Positions 45,034 through 54,312 of a stretch of 64,000 nucleotides of DNA are shown here, piece after piece. The stretch's first letter is position 1; each line of letters opens with the position of its first letter. Source of the stretch: Candidatus Multivoradales bacterium. GTDB taxonomy: Bacteria > Acidobacteriota > Thermoanaerobaculia > Multivoradales > JAHEKO01. Below the pieces are notes generated by a model. That model was not told where the DNA came from and ran no database searches. It saw nothing but the letters and a program-made list of their open reading frames with translations. The stretch covers positions 448,001 through 512,000 of the forward strand of contig CBDFIJ010000004.1 of the NCBI GenBank assembly GCA_965248055.1. The letters run 5' to 3'. The position numbers and the translations under genes are program-made.

Positions 45034-46868
45034 CGTGTACTCCCGTTATCCGCTACCACTTCAAGATCGATTCTGACCACTCCGTTGAGCGGCTGATCGA
45101 AGTTCTCTTCCAACAGCGACTCGATGCGCCACGGCACCGGCTTGGTGGTGCGCCCAGAGTGCAAGACCTCGGCGACCGAAGCCGGCAGTCCCGGCAATGC
45201 GACACCACCCACCGACAGTCCCCGGGTAGCTCGCAGGCCGGAAACCGCAAACGTGCGCGACGAGCGTAGATTGCGCAACAGGCGCAGAGCTTGTTCAAAC
45301 GTCTGTGGCGTCGCCCCAGTTACTGACCACTCGGCGAAATCGATCTCCCGCCCGTTGCCGATCAGCAAATGATAGGAACCTGGGCCAACGTCCCTCGGTA
45401 GCTGAATGGTAAAAGGTAGCTCACGGTCCTGCTGTCGATAGCCGCGCAGCCGCATCCGACCCGTAATTGACTCCCCCGCATGGACGGTCGAGCGATCCAC
45501 CGAGGCTTCGACCACCTCCAAACTCATCGGCCTGGGGTGCTGGGTAACCTCAAGCTCGATCGCTTTGACCTCGACATCGGCCCACGGGTTGTTGTGCAAC
45601 AGGTCGACGTACTGAATCAATTGCAACGCGCCCTGTAGTCCAGCCGAGGCGCCGTCGTAGGTAGAGTCCAATACCAAGTCGCCGTAGCCCCCCAAGTCAA
45701 ACCGGGCGACTAAGTCCAATCCGTAGGTACCCGCCTGATGGCCGGACGCGCCGATGGTCTCAAACACTCCAAGTCCCACCAACAAGGGCAACATCTCCGG
45801 GATCCGCGCCATGCGCATCGAATACGTCTCTAGACCCGAATCTGGATCCGAGTCTGGGTCCGCCAAGGACCGGTGCCGGATCGACACCGGAATCATTGCT
45901 GCCAGCTCGCCAATCTGCCCACCAACCCCAGTCGAGCGATCAGAATCAAACCGTCCAACCGGTTCGCCAAAATTACTGACCTTGAACGAGCTCATACGAC
46001 TCGAAACAACGGTGACGATTTCTGCCGGAGCCATCGGCAGATCGGTGGGACCGTTGGCCAAGAAAGGATGACCAAACGCGAGCACCCGATCACCCTCAAC
46101 CTCGGTCACGGTTCCGGTCACCGACAGCTTCCAATCGCCGTCGACCAAGATCCCGGCGACCGCTGAACCGGGAGTCAAGGGGCGATCAACCTGGGCGCCG
46201 GGCGCCGGAGCTAGATCGGCGACCGGACCGGCAAACCAACTGCGGGCCAAACTCGACATTCCAGAGGCGGCAAGTTGCAGAGAAACCTGACCCGGCTGAA
46301 CCTGGCCCGGGTCAACCACTGTCGGCGTCAAGCGGCTCGCCCATTGGCGTAGGCGGTCCTCTGGATTGCTAAGGTCAAAGACTCCATCCCAAGCTACCAT
46401 CGGACGGCGTGAAGCCTCGGAGTTGGGAGCCAGAAGTTGCTGGCGCATACTCCCGATCGGCGTAATGCCACCGATCGCTTCGTGAGCGAACGGCCAAGCG
46501 AACGCCACCGCGCCGATCAGCTCCCCGTCGACGTATACCGGACTACCACTCATGCCGGCGATCACTCCAGTTTTTTCCAGACCAGCACCAGACAGCTTGG
46601 CCAAGATGTAGTCGTCACCGACTGTAACCCCCGCCATGTTGCCGAGTATCTCCACTTCGAAACGCTCCGGTTCCTGACCGCGAAACACGGACAGACCGTA
46701 GCCGAGAACCGGCTCTACCTCGACCGGCCGACTAAGTTCTAGCGACTCGCCTGTTGACTCTTGGGCGGCCAATTGCGATCCGATCAGGGAGACAACTGCG
46801 GCTAGCGCCAGCATAAAGTGCGTGCACAATCCTTTGTGCATTCCGTTTGAGTTCAAGTACCACCGCAT
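45030..46868 (-). CDS. SpoIVB-type (S55) serine peptidase domain protein
   Basis: GYGLSVF.G..PERF.VEILG, GVIAGMSGSPVY, AFGHPF. True start probably 46814-46841. Confidence 0.88.
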   Translation of the reverse strand: MRWYLNSNGMHKGLCTHFMLALAAVVSLIGSQLAAQESTGESLELSRPVEVEPVLGYGLSVFRGQEPERFEVEILGNMAGVTVGDDYILAKLSGAGLEKTGVIAGMSGSPVYVDGELIGAVAFAWPFAHEAIGGITPIGSMRQQLLAPNSEASRRPMVAWDGVFDLSNPEDRLRQWASRLTPTVVDPGQVQPGQVSLQLAASGMSSLARSWFAGPVADLAPAPGAQVDRPLTPGSAVAGILVDGDWKLSVTGTVTEVEGDRVLAFGHPFLANGPTDLPMAPAEIVTVVSSRMSSFKVSNFGEPVGRFDSDRSTGVGGQIGELAAMIPVSIRHRSLADPDSDPDSGLETYSMRMARIPEMLPLLVGLGVFETIGASGHQAGTYGLDLVARFDLGGYGDLVLDSTYDGASAGLQGALQLIQYVDLLHNNPWADVEVKAIELEVTQHPRPMSLEVVEASVDRSTVHAGESITGRMRLRGYRQQDRELPFTIQLPRDVGPGSYHLLIGNGREIDFAEWSVTGATPQTFEQALRLLRNLRSSRTFAVSGLRATRGLSVGGVALPGLPASVAEVLHSGRTTKPVPWRIESLLEENFDQPLNGVVRIDLEVVADNGSTR

Positions 46869-46874
46869 CCTTGT

Positions 46875-47618
46875 CTATTCATCCGCAGAGTTTTCCACAA
46901 AGCCTGTGGATAGCCTGCCGAGTGCCGACAGTATGTCTTGCTCGCTCAGGGCGCCAGGTCTGACGATTGAAACCCGCTCGCCGGAGACCCGCACTAGGGT
47001 AGAAGGCGGACCACCAGTGAGCTCACCGACGTCAACCAACAGCCCTTCGACTCCGGAACCCTCGAACAGTTCGAACAGCGAACTCGGGGCGACCGCCGGA
47101 GGTTGACCGGCTCGGTTGGCTGAAGTCGCGGTCAGCGGTCCGGTCTCTTCTAACAACTCCAGCAATGGCGTGTAGGCTGGCACGCGAACCGCCAAGGTAT
47201 GACCTTCGCTGCCGCCAGCGGCGACCGGATGCTCGGTATCCAATATCAGGGATAACGGTGCTGGCCATAAATTCGTTAACGCTCTTTCCAGTCCGCGATG
47301 CAGGACCACTCCTTTCGGAAGCTGATAGACCGATGCAGCGACCACCGGTAGTCCCTTGGTCGAAGGTCGGCCCTTGAGCGCAAATACGTTGGCCACCGCT
47401 TCAAGGTTCCCTGGGGCCACGCCAAGTCCGTAGCTCGACTCGGTGGGAATAACGAGCACTCCCCCTCGCGCGAGCAGGTCCTGGATCCGCTCTATGTCGT
47501 CGTCTAGCCGCCAGCGCTGGAGACTTTCGTGCTCCAGGCGCTTGAGTTCGAGGCACTGAGCCACAAGGTCCGGATCATCGAGGGCACTCCCTTCGAGGCC
47601 GATACGTTCGGCGCTCAC
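46875..47618 (-). CDS. L-threonylcarbamoyladenylate synthase (Sua5/TsaC/YrdC)
   Basis: PTESSYGLG, LKGRP..K, WPAPLS, AVRVP, ATSAN, PSTLV, RPGA. Confidence 0.9.
   Translation of the reverse strand: MSAERIGLEGSALDDPDLVAQCLELKRLEHESLQRWRLDDDIERIQDLLARGGVLVIPTESSYGLGVAPGNLEAVANVFALKGRPSTKGLPVVAASVYQLPKGVVLHRGLERALTNLWPAPLSLILDTEHPVAAGGSEGHTLAVRVPAYTPLLELLEETGPLTATSANRAGQPPAVAPSSLFELFEGSGVEGLLVDVGELTGGPPSTLVRVSGERVSIVRPGALSEQDILSALGRLSTGFVENSADE
46891..46913. promoter_or_regulatory. Inverted pair of DnaA-box-like 9-mers
   Basis: TTTTCCACA (46891-46899, matches TTWTNCACA) and TGTGGATAG (46905-46913, 1 mismatch). Confidence 0.4.
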
Positions 47619-49321
47619 TGAGCCGCCTGTCGCAAGAGATCAGCAGCATGGGATCGCGAAATTTCGGTGACGTCGCGACCGGCGAGCATCCGAGCGATCT
47701 CTTCGACTCGCTGCTCAGACGATAAGTTGGTCACCTGAATCGTCGTTCGTTGGCCGCTGGATTTCTCAACCAACAGGTGAGCATGTCCAGCGCTCGCCAC
47801 TTGCGGCAAATGGGTTACCGCCAAGATCTGGCCACTCTCAGCGAGACGACGTAACTTGATTCCCAGAGCTTCGGCCTGAGCTCCACCGACCCCGGCGTCA
47901 ACTTCGTCAAAAACCAGAACCACCGGATCCGAGCAACCCCCCGGTTGTGCCACCAACTGCAGCGCCAGATAGATCCGAGACAACTCACCACCGGAAGCGA
48001 TTTTGGCGAGCGGCCCAGGAGGCTCGCCGGGGTTCGCCGAGAGCATCAAGATCACCCGATCGGTACCCTCCCGCGTCACCGCCAGTTGACCGTCAGCTAG
48101 GTCGACCAGCCCATCGGTGCGCGGCTCGAGGGCGACCGAGAGCTGCGCGTCGGCCATCGCCAGGTCGACCAGTTCCGTTTGCACCGCACCGGCCAACCCA
48201 GCGCCAGCCTTCTGGCGAGCGGCGCTCAGTCGCGACGCGGTAACTCGATACTCCCCCACAAGCTGGCCACGCTGTTTTTCCAATTGCTCGCGACTCTCCG
48301 AGCCACCCAGAATCATCTCCAGTTCTGCCGCGGCACGCCTTCCAGTCTCTATCACTTGGTCGCTACCGGAACCGTACTTGGCAAACAGCCGTTCCAGGTC
48401 CGCCAGCCGAGTTTCGACACGGTCCAGTTCGCCAGGATCTGACTCGATGACGGTCAGTTGTTCAGCCGCCGCCCGACCGACCTCTTCGACCCGGACTCGA
48501 GCGTCTTCCAGGTCTTCTATCCAAGCATTGACCGCTGGAACCAGATCGGCAATGCCTCCAAGGTCTCCGCGCGCAGCAGCAATCCGCGCACCGGCGGCAT
48601 GATCGGACTCGTAGAGACCCTCGGCGGCGTTCGCCAGCGCGTTGCGAATGCGGTCCTGATGACGCAACACTTCACGCCGCTCTTGCAGGGCCCTCTCTTC
48701 TCCCGCTGCGATCGCCGCCGACTCGATCTCGCGCACTTGAAAGCGCAACAGGTCGATGCGCTCCAAGCGTGACCTTTCGTCCGCCAGCAAACTCTGCAAC
48801 TTGCGGTCGCAGTCTTGGAATCTTTGAAAGGCATTCCGGGTGGCCTCGGCGATCTTTGCCAGCTTGGCCCCGCCAAAGGAATCAACCCAGTGGCGCTGCA
48901 TCTCGGATTCAGCCAGCTCCAACTCTTCCCGTTGGGTGTGCACCCGAATCATCAGCGGCGCGATCTGACTTAACAGCCGCAGAGTCACCGCGATGTCGTT
49001 GATATAGACCCGATTACGCCCCTCGCGACTGACTTCACGCCGCACCACTGTCTCGTCGGTAATCTCGATTCCACTATCCAGCAGCAGGGCTGCAAACTGC
49101 GGACTACTTGGAGTATCGAAAATTCCGCTGACCGTCATCGACGGCGCCCCAGTGCGAATCATGTCGCTGGTCGCTCGAGCTCCCGAAAGGACCATCAGCG
49201 AGTCGACGACGATCGACTTGCCAGCACCGGTCTCTCCGGTGACCACGCTCAGCCCCTGAGCCAAGGAAATCTCGACCGACTCGATGAGCGCCAAGTTACG
49301 AACCTGCAGTTCTCTCAACAT
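47615..49321 (-). CDS. recN: DNA repair protein RecN
   Basis: TGETGAGKS, NPGE...L.KIASGGELSR, FDEVDAGVGG, THLPQVA, EEIARML. Confidence 0.96.
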   Translation of the reverse strand: MLRELQVRNLALIESVEISLAQGLSVVTGETGAGKSIVVDSLMVLSGARATSDMIRTGAPSMTVSGIFDTPSSPQFAALLLDSGIEITDETVVRREVSREGRNRVYINDIAVTLRLLSQIAPLMIRVHTQREELELAESEMQRHWVDSFGGAKLAKIAEATRNAFQRFQDCDRKLQSLLADERSRLERIDLLRFQVREIESAAIAAGEERALQERREVLRHQDRIRNALANAAEGLYESDHAAGARIAAARGDLGGIADLVPAVNAWIEDLEDARVRVEEVGRAAAEQLTVIESDPGELDRVETRLADLERLFAKYGSGSDQVIETGRRAAAELEMILGGSESREQLEKQRGQLVGEYRVTASRLSAARQKAGAGLAGAVQTELVDLAMADAQLSVALEPRTDGLVDLADGQLAVTREGTDRVILMLSANPGEPPGPLAKIASGGELSRIYLALQLVAQPGGCSDPVVLVFDEVDAGVGGAQAEALGIKLRRLAESGQILAVTHLPQVASAGHAHLLVEKSSGQRTTIQVTNLSSEQRVEEIARMLAGRDVTEISRSHAADLLRQAAQ

Positions 49322-49363
49322 CAGTCAGGATCGTCGTGCAATTTCTTGGCCCGAGAAAAGAAT

Positions 49364-50323
49364 CTAGAAGTCACCGGTGATCGTCGCCCGAGCGCGACCG
49401 CTTCTCTCGGACTGGTAGAGCGCCTCGTCGGCGGCGGCGTAGAGGCCTTCGGCTTGCCCTTGCCCAGCAGCCACTACTGCACCACCGATCGAACACTGGG
49501 CGGTCACCGTTCCCTTCGGACTCTCCACCTTGACTGCGGCAACTTGTTCACGCACCCGCTCGGCCACCAATTCAAGATCTTCGACCGAAGCCTCCGGGAT
49601 CAAGATCGCAAACTCATCACCGCCGATTCTGGCCAGTGTCTGTTCTCCGCGGTTGATCTCTTGCAAGCCCGCAGCAACTCCTTTCAGCACTTGGTCGGCG
49701 ATCGGATGCCCGTAGTGATCATTGATCTGTTTGGACTGGTCAACATCGATGATCATCAACCCAAGGGAACGCTCGCGGCGACCTGCGCGGGCAAACTCTC
49801 GGTCCAATTCCTCTTCAAAGCGCCTGCGGTTGGCCACTCCGGTGAGCGGATCGGTCACTGCCAACGAGTACATCATCTGGTGATAGGAACCCTCAACATC
49901 TGCCTCAACGATGAGCTTCAGATGGACACTCCCTACTTGGAGGCGATCCTCCGAAGATAACCATTCAGGGGCTTTCAGCCCCTCGCCGTTGAGGTAGGTG
50001 CCGTTGGTCGAGCCCAGGTCTTGAACTTGATAGGTGCCATCATTGCGTTCAGTCCGGGCAGGTCTACGAGACACCGCCGAGGCCCCGGTGATCGGCACGT
50101 CAGACAACGGCAACCGACCGATGTCAACACCGCCAGTGCGCCGTAAACGCCAATGCTCGCCCACCTCATTGGCGTCTGGATGACCTAGGAGCACTAACGC
50201 CGCCTGTTGAATCTCCAATTGATCGGGTTGCATCACCGACATCTCTTGGGTCATCTGCCCAGACTGGTGGACCCTGGTTTCGGTCCTATCGGACTTTGGT
50301 TGATCTTCAGAGTGATCAGTCAT
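49364..50323 (-). CDS. FHA + GGDEF domain protein (possibly degenerate diguanylate cyclase)
   Basis: FHA IGR...SRR...DLGSTNGTYLNG; DPLTG..NRR, RIGGDEF, ADEALY. Confidence 0.85.
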   Translation of the reverse strand: MTDHSEDQPKSDRTETRVHQSGQMTQEMSVMQPDQLEIQQAALVLLGHPDANEVGEHWRLRRTGGVDIGRLPLSDVPITGASAVSRRPARTERNDGTYQVQDLGSTNGTYLNGEGLKAPEWLSSEDRLQVGSVHLKLIVEADVEGSYHQMMYSLAVTDPLTGVANRRRFEEELDREFARAGRRERSLGLMIIDVDQSKQINDHYGHPIADQVLKGVAAGLQEINRGEQTLARIGGDEFAILIPEASVEDLELVAERVREQVAAVKVESPKGTVTAQCSIGGAVVAAGQGQAEGLYAAADEALYQSERSGRARATITGDF

Positions 50324-50350
50324 CGATGATGCCTAAAGCGAAGTCAAGTG

Positions 50351-51247
50351 CTATCTCAGACCCAGCAAGGCCTTGGTGACGTGCCCCGCCACTTCCGGAT
50401 TCTCCCTCATTCTGCGCAGAGAATAGGCGTACCAGTCAACCCCATAGGGAACGTAGACCCGCAAACGATGGCGCTGCAGCAAGATCGAACGTAACTCTTC
50501 GTCGACTCCCAGCAGCATCTGGAACTCATAGCGATCGCGAGGAGTCTGATGACGATCCAAAAGTGCAGTGGCACCGGCGGCAAGAAACTCATCGTGGGTA
50601 GCAATGCCGGTATAGACACCGTCTCTCAACAGCTTGTCCAAAGCGGCCAAATACGCTTGCTGCACCGTGTTGTAGCCCTTCCACGCGGTCTCCCGAGGCT
50701 CGACATAGATTCCCTTGCAGATGCGAATGTTGGCGTTTTCGCTCGGCAACCCAGTGATGTCGTCGAGCGTGCGCCGCATGTAGGCCTGAAGCACAGTACC
50801 AACATTGGGGTATCGGTCGTGCAACCGCCGGTAGAGATCCAAGGTGGCGTCGGTACAGCTGCGATCTTCCATGTCGATGCGTAGGAAGTTCCCATGTCTA
50901 GCCGCAGCATCGCCAATCTGGAGCAAATTATCCCAGCACAACTGGTGGTCAATCTTCAGTCCCAACATGGTCAACTTGACCGATACGTTAGCGTCTAAAC
51001 CCCGATCGGCAATGGCATCGAACAACTCGACGTACTCGTCCACCGCCGCTTGCGCTTTGGCCGGATCTTGAACCTCCTCGCCAAGCACGTCGAGGGTCGC
51101 CATCGCTCCTTGTTGGTTGAGCCTCCGCACGGTTTCCAGTGCGGTAGTGCGGGTCTCGCCGGCGAAATAGCGGCCGGCCACCTTGCGAACAAGGCTCCGC
51201 GGCACGCCGGGGAGCAGTGTGACGATCAGACGATTAAGCCAGGACAA
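50351..51247 (-). CDS. Monofunctional proline dehydrogenase
   Basis: SVKLTMLG, RIDMED, LQAY, RICKG.Y.E, IATHD, EFQML.G, RVYVPYG, Y.LRR..E. Confidence 0.93.
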   Translation of the reverse strand: MSWLNRLIVTLLPGVPRSLVRKVAGRYFAGETRTTALETVRRLNQQGAMATLDVLGEEVQDPAKAQAAVDEYVELFDAIADRGLDANVSVKLTMLGLKIDHQLCWDNLLQIGDAAARHGNFLRIDMEDRSCTDATLDLYRRLHDRYPNVGTVLQAYMRRTLDDITGLPSENANIRICKGIYVEPRETAWKGYNTVQQAYLAALDKLLRDGVYTGIATHDEFLAAGATALLDRHQTPRDRYEFQMLLGVDEELRSILLQRHRLRVYVPYGVDWYAYSLRRMRENPEVAGHVTKALLGLR

Positions 51248-51271
51248 AGTTGGGTTCGAGCCGCTCAGGTT

Positions 51272-52636
51272 CTAGGCCGGAGACGGGCCTCCGTTCGAGG
51301 ATCCATTGCTGCCGTTGCCACTACCGTTGGCGGTCTCGCCATCACTGACCCAGCGCACCGAACGCGAACAGGGGCAGACCCCACCCACACGACGCAAGGA
51401 AGGCATCGCGTAGGCGGCTTGTTTGATCTCTAACTCACCATCAGCCACCTGATGCAACAGGCCGACGTAGAACTTGAAGTCTGAACCCGCCCGATAAGAA
51501 TCGGGCAGATGGTGCGACAGGTGCGCTACATAGTCTTCTGCTTGGGTGAATTTCTCGCCGTCGAATCCGACCATCTGAAAAGCCGGAACTCCTCGGCGGC
51601 GGAAAAACTCCTTTGCCGGCAGCCGCATCAGATCCTCCGGAGCGATCCCTTGAACCACTTCGCCCTCTTCGGTTACCCGACGCACTAGGTCCTCGGCCTC
51701 GGTCGCTGTCAGACTCTTGACCCGAGCCCGGACGAAGCGGACGTTTATGTCCTGCACTACCTTGCCGACTTCCTGGTAGTACTGCTCTTGAGCCTCACCA
51801 TTTTTCATCGGTTTGAGGCCGTACCGGACATTGGTGCCACCACCGCGTTCGTCGCCGAACATCTCCAAACCTCGGGGCAACCACTTGTTGACCACTTGCT
51901 GCATGTCCTGCATGGTGATGAATGGCGAGCCGTCGCCGGCTTGCTCTGCCCAACGGCGCATCGGCACTACTCCGGTGGCCAGATGAAACGCTTCTTCGCG
52001 CAGCATCTGCGGCATGCTCTCGGCCATCGGCTTGTAGGCACTGACCTTTTGCATCGCCAACTGATACTTACCGACACGGTCAATCAAACAACAGAAGGTG
52101 ATGTTGTCGACGAAGGAATCGAAGTCGACGTTGAAGGCACCGAGTACGTGGGATCCGGTCTTCATCGACAGGATCTCTTCCACCATGTCTTCACCCTTGA
52201 CGCCACCCACTTCGTCCCAGGTGTCTTCCAGCAGCAGATGCAGCATTTGGTAACCGTGTCGTAGCTCCTCAGCCATCATCCGCAGAACCCAAAACTGATC
52301 CTGCTCGTTTTGAGCTCGGGCAAGGGTCAATTGGTGTTGCTGAATCGAACCAAATTCGGTCGATGCCTGAGCTCGGATTGCTCCCAGTAGATGGTGCGCT
52401 TGCTCAGGATCCAACTCCTCGGCGGTCATCGCCTTAGGTTGGCCCATCTTCACTCCGCATTCCACTTCGTCGCACATGCCCATCTCCCGATAGGCGCACA
52501 ACTCAAAGGTGGGATCCTTGGGGAAAAAGCGATCCCAGTTTTCAATCAGCAGGTCATAGTCCGGCAAATAAGTTCGCCGCCATTTCTCCACCGCTGAATG
52601 GAACTTGGGCGCAATCGTGGTAATTCGACTATTCAT
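51272..52636 (-). CDS. Ferritin-like diiron protein, BoxB/PaaA (aryl-CoA epoxidase) homolog
   Basis: QASTE, AEELRH, IDRVGKYQL, REEAFH, RLP..EF.RR.G correspond to recalled BoxB motifs (QGDTE, VEEGRH, TDRDGKFQL, TEEAHH). Confidence 0.8.
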   Translation of the reverse strand: MNSRITTIAPKFHSAVEKWRRTYLPDYDLLIENWDRFFPKDPTFELCAYREMGMCDEVECGVKMGQPKAMTAEELDPEQAHHLLGAIRAQASTEFGSIQQHQLTLARAQNEQDQFWVLRMMAEELRHGYQMLHLLLEDTWDEVGGVKGEDMVEEILSMKTGSHVLGAFNVDFDSFVDNITFCCLIDRVGKYQLAMQKVSAYKPMAESMPQMLREEAFHLATGVVPMRRWAEQAGDGSPFITMQDMQQVVNKWLPRGLEMFGDERGGGTNVRYGLKPMKNGEAQEQYYQEVGKVVQDINVRFVRARVKSLTATEAEDLVRRVTEEGEVVQGIAPEDLMRLPAKEFFRRRGVPAFQMVGFDGEKFTQAEDYVAHLSHHLPDSYRAGSDFKFYVGLLHQVADGELEIKQAAYAMPSLRRVGGVCPCSRSVRWVSDGETANGSGNGSNGSSNGGPSPA

Positions 52637-53097
52637 GCTTGATCCCCCTCACCAAGATCTCGCACCAGGGTCCGCACGCTGCCCGCAGAGAAGCCCAAGG
52701 CGGCAAAAAACTGGGCGATGCCCTCTTGTTTCTCGATATCCACCAAAGTCTTCACCGACCGCGCGCCGCGCTGCTGAAAATGGTTCAGCATGCGCTCGAC
52801 CAGCCGCCGGCCCACCGAACGCCCCCGCACCTCGGGATCAACTCCTAAGACTTCGATCCATCCGGTGGGTTCCTCAAAACCAAATTCGCCCGAACGAACC
52901 TCGCCAAACATAAAACCCACAACACGACCGCCGTCTTGCGCCACTACCGAAGCATCCGGATCGCGACGCGAGTAGTAGCTCAGCCGGGTCTCCCAGACTT
53001 CGGGTTGATACTTACCACTAATTTTCTCGTCGAGCGCTGCGATACCCCCGAGATGGGTATCATCAAGCGCCACTACTTGGATGTCATGATCTGCCAT
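52633..53097 (-). CDS. GNAT family N-acetyltransferase
   Basis: VVGFM.GEV..GEFG, GWIEVLGVDP..RGRSVG, FF..LGF; 4-nt overlap with the diiron gene. Confidence 0.9.
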   Translation of the reverse strand: MADHDIQVVALDDTHLGGIAALDEKISGKYQPEVWETRLSYYSRRDPDASVVAQDGGRVVGFMFGEVRSGEFGFEEPTGWIEVLGVDPEVRGRSVGRRLVERMLNHFQQRGARSVKTLVDIEKQEGIAQFFAALGFSAGSVRTLVRDLGEGDQA

Positions 53098-53230
53098 GTT
53101 TTAGCTCCTCGCCATGGTGTACTCGCCCAGATATATTTTTCTTGCCGATAGCTGTACCACCACCGCAACGTGCCCAGTCTACCAAGCAATACCCACACCG
53201 GCAGGACCCGCTCGGAAGCACCCAAAGTAG

Positions 53231-54178
53231 CTAAGCGACGTGCTCGTGGGCGTGGTAGCTAGAGCGCACCAAGGCTCCAGACTCACAGTGGGTAAAGCCC
53301 CGTTGTAGAGCGTACGAGCGGTAAGCGGCAAACTGCTCCGGAGTGACCCAACGATCCACCGGCAAGTGCTTCCGAGTTGGTTGGAGATATTGACCGATGG
53401 TCAAAATCTCGACTCCAGCGTTGCGGATATCGGTGATGGTTCCACGGATTTCGCTCTCGCTCTCACCGATCCCAGCCATGATGCCAGTCTTGACGCGACC
53501 GGGACCTCGCAGTCCTCGATATCGACCATCGGCAACCCGTTCTGCCGCTTCAGCGAGCAGCTCTAAAGATCTACGATACCTGCTTCCCGGGCGTGCTTCA
53601 CGGTAGAGCCTGGGAACCGTTTCCATGTTGTGCGAGAACACTTCAGGCTCGGCATCAAGAACAAAATCTAGAGCGTCGGGAACTCCGCGGAAATCCGGGG
53701 TCAAGACTTCCACCACTGTCTCGGAACACCGCTGATGAATCGCTCGAATGACCTCTGCAAAATGCCGAGCACCGCCATCTGGCAAATCGTCCCGGTCCAC
53801 CGAGGTGATCACCGCGTGCTGCAGACCCATGGCTTCGACTGCTTGCGCCACGTGCTCCGGTTCCTGAGCGTCCACCCCCGGATTGGGCCTGCCAGAGGTG
53901 ACGGCGCAAAACCCACACCGACGGGTACAGATGTCACCCAAGATCATCATGGTCGCTGTGCCGTGTTCACCCCAGCACTCATAAATGTTGGGGCATTTCG
54001 CTTCTTCGCAAACGGTGTTCAGATTCAGTCGTGAGACCAAATTGCGAACCTCGTGGTAACGCGCCGGGGTGCGCAAGCGAATACGCAACCAATCCGGACG
54101 GCCACCGGCAGATGGTGGAGCTTGGCTTTCGCCCGAGGCAGGAGACGCACCGCCAATTTGAACTAGATCGTGTGACAT
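53231..54178 (-). CDS. lipA: Lipoyl synthase
   Basis: CEEAKCPNIYEC, CTRRCGFC, TSVDRDDL, HNMETV, GQYLQP, VRSSYHA. Confidence 0.97.
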   Translation of the reverse strand: MSHDLVQIGGASPASGESQAPPSAGGRPDWLRIRLRTPARYHEVRNLVSRLNLNTVCEEAKCPNIYECWGEHGTATMMILGDICTRRCGFCAVTSGRPNPGVDAQEPEHVAQAVEAMGLQHAVITSVDRDDLPDGGARHFAEVIRAIHQRCSETVVEVLTPDFRGVPDALDFVLDAEPEVFSHNMETVPRLYREARPGSRYRRSLELLAEAAERVADGRYRGLRGPGRVKTGIMAGIGESESEIRGTITDIRNAGVEILTIGQYLQPTRKHLPVDRWVTPEQFAAYRSYALQRGFTHCESGALVRSSYHAHEHVA

Positions 54179-54312
54179 CAATTTCTCGCGGTTACCCTTT
54201 CAGCCCATTTTCTGGACGAGCTTCATTCTACCTAGGTTGCTCTGACAATTTCCCGGGATACGGAGCATCCGAGAGCGACCAATCCGAGCTTTCGGCAAAC
54301 CGGTAAACTAGC

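Noticed and set aside
46860-46920. Replication origin
   Set aside because: Only two DnaA-like boxes, no AT-rich unwinding region, no dnaA/dnaN context.
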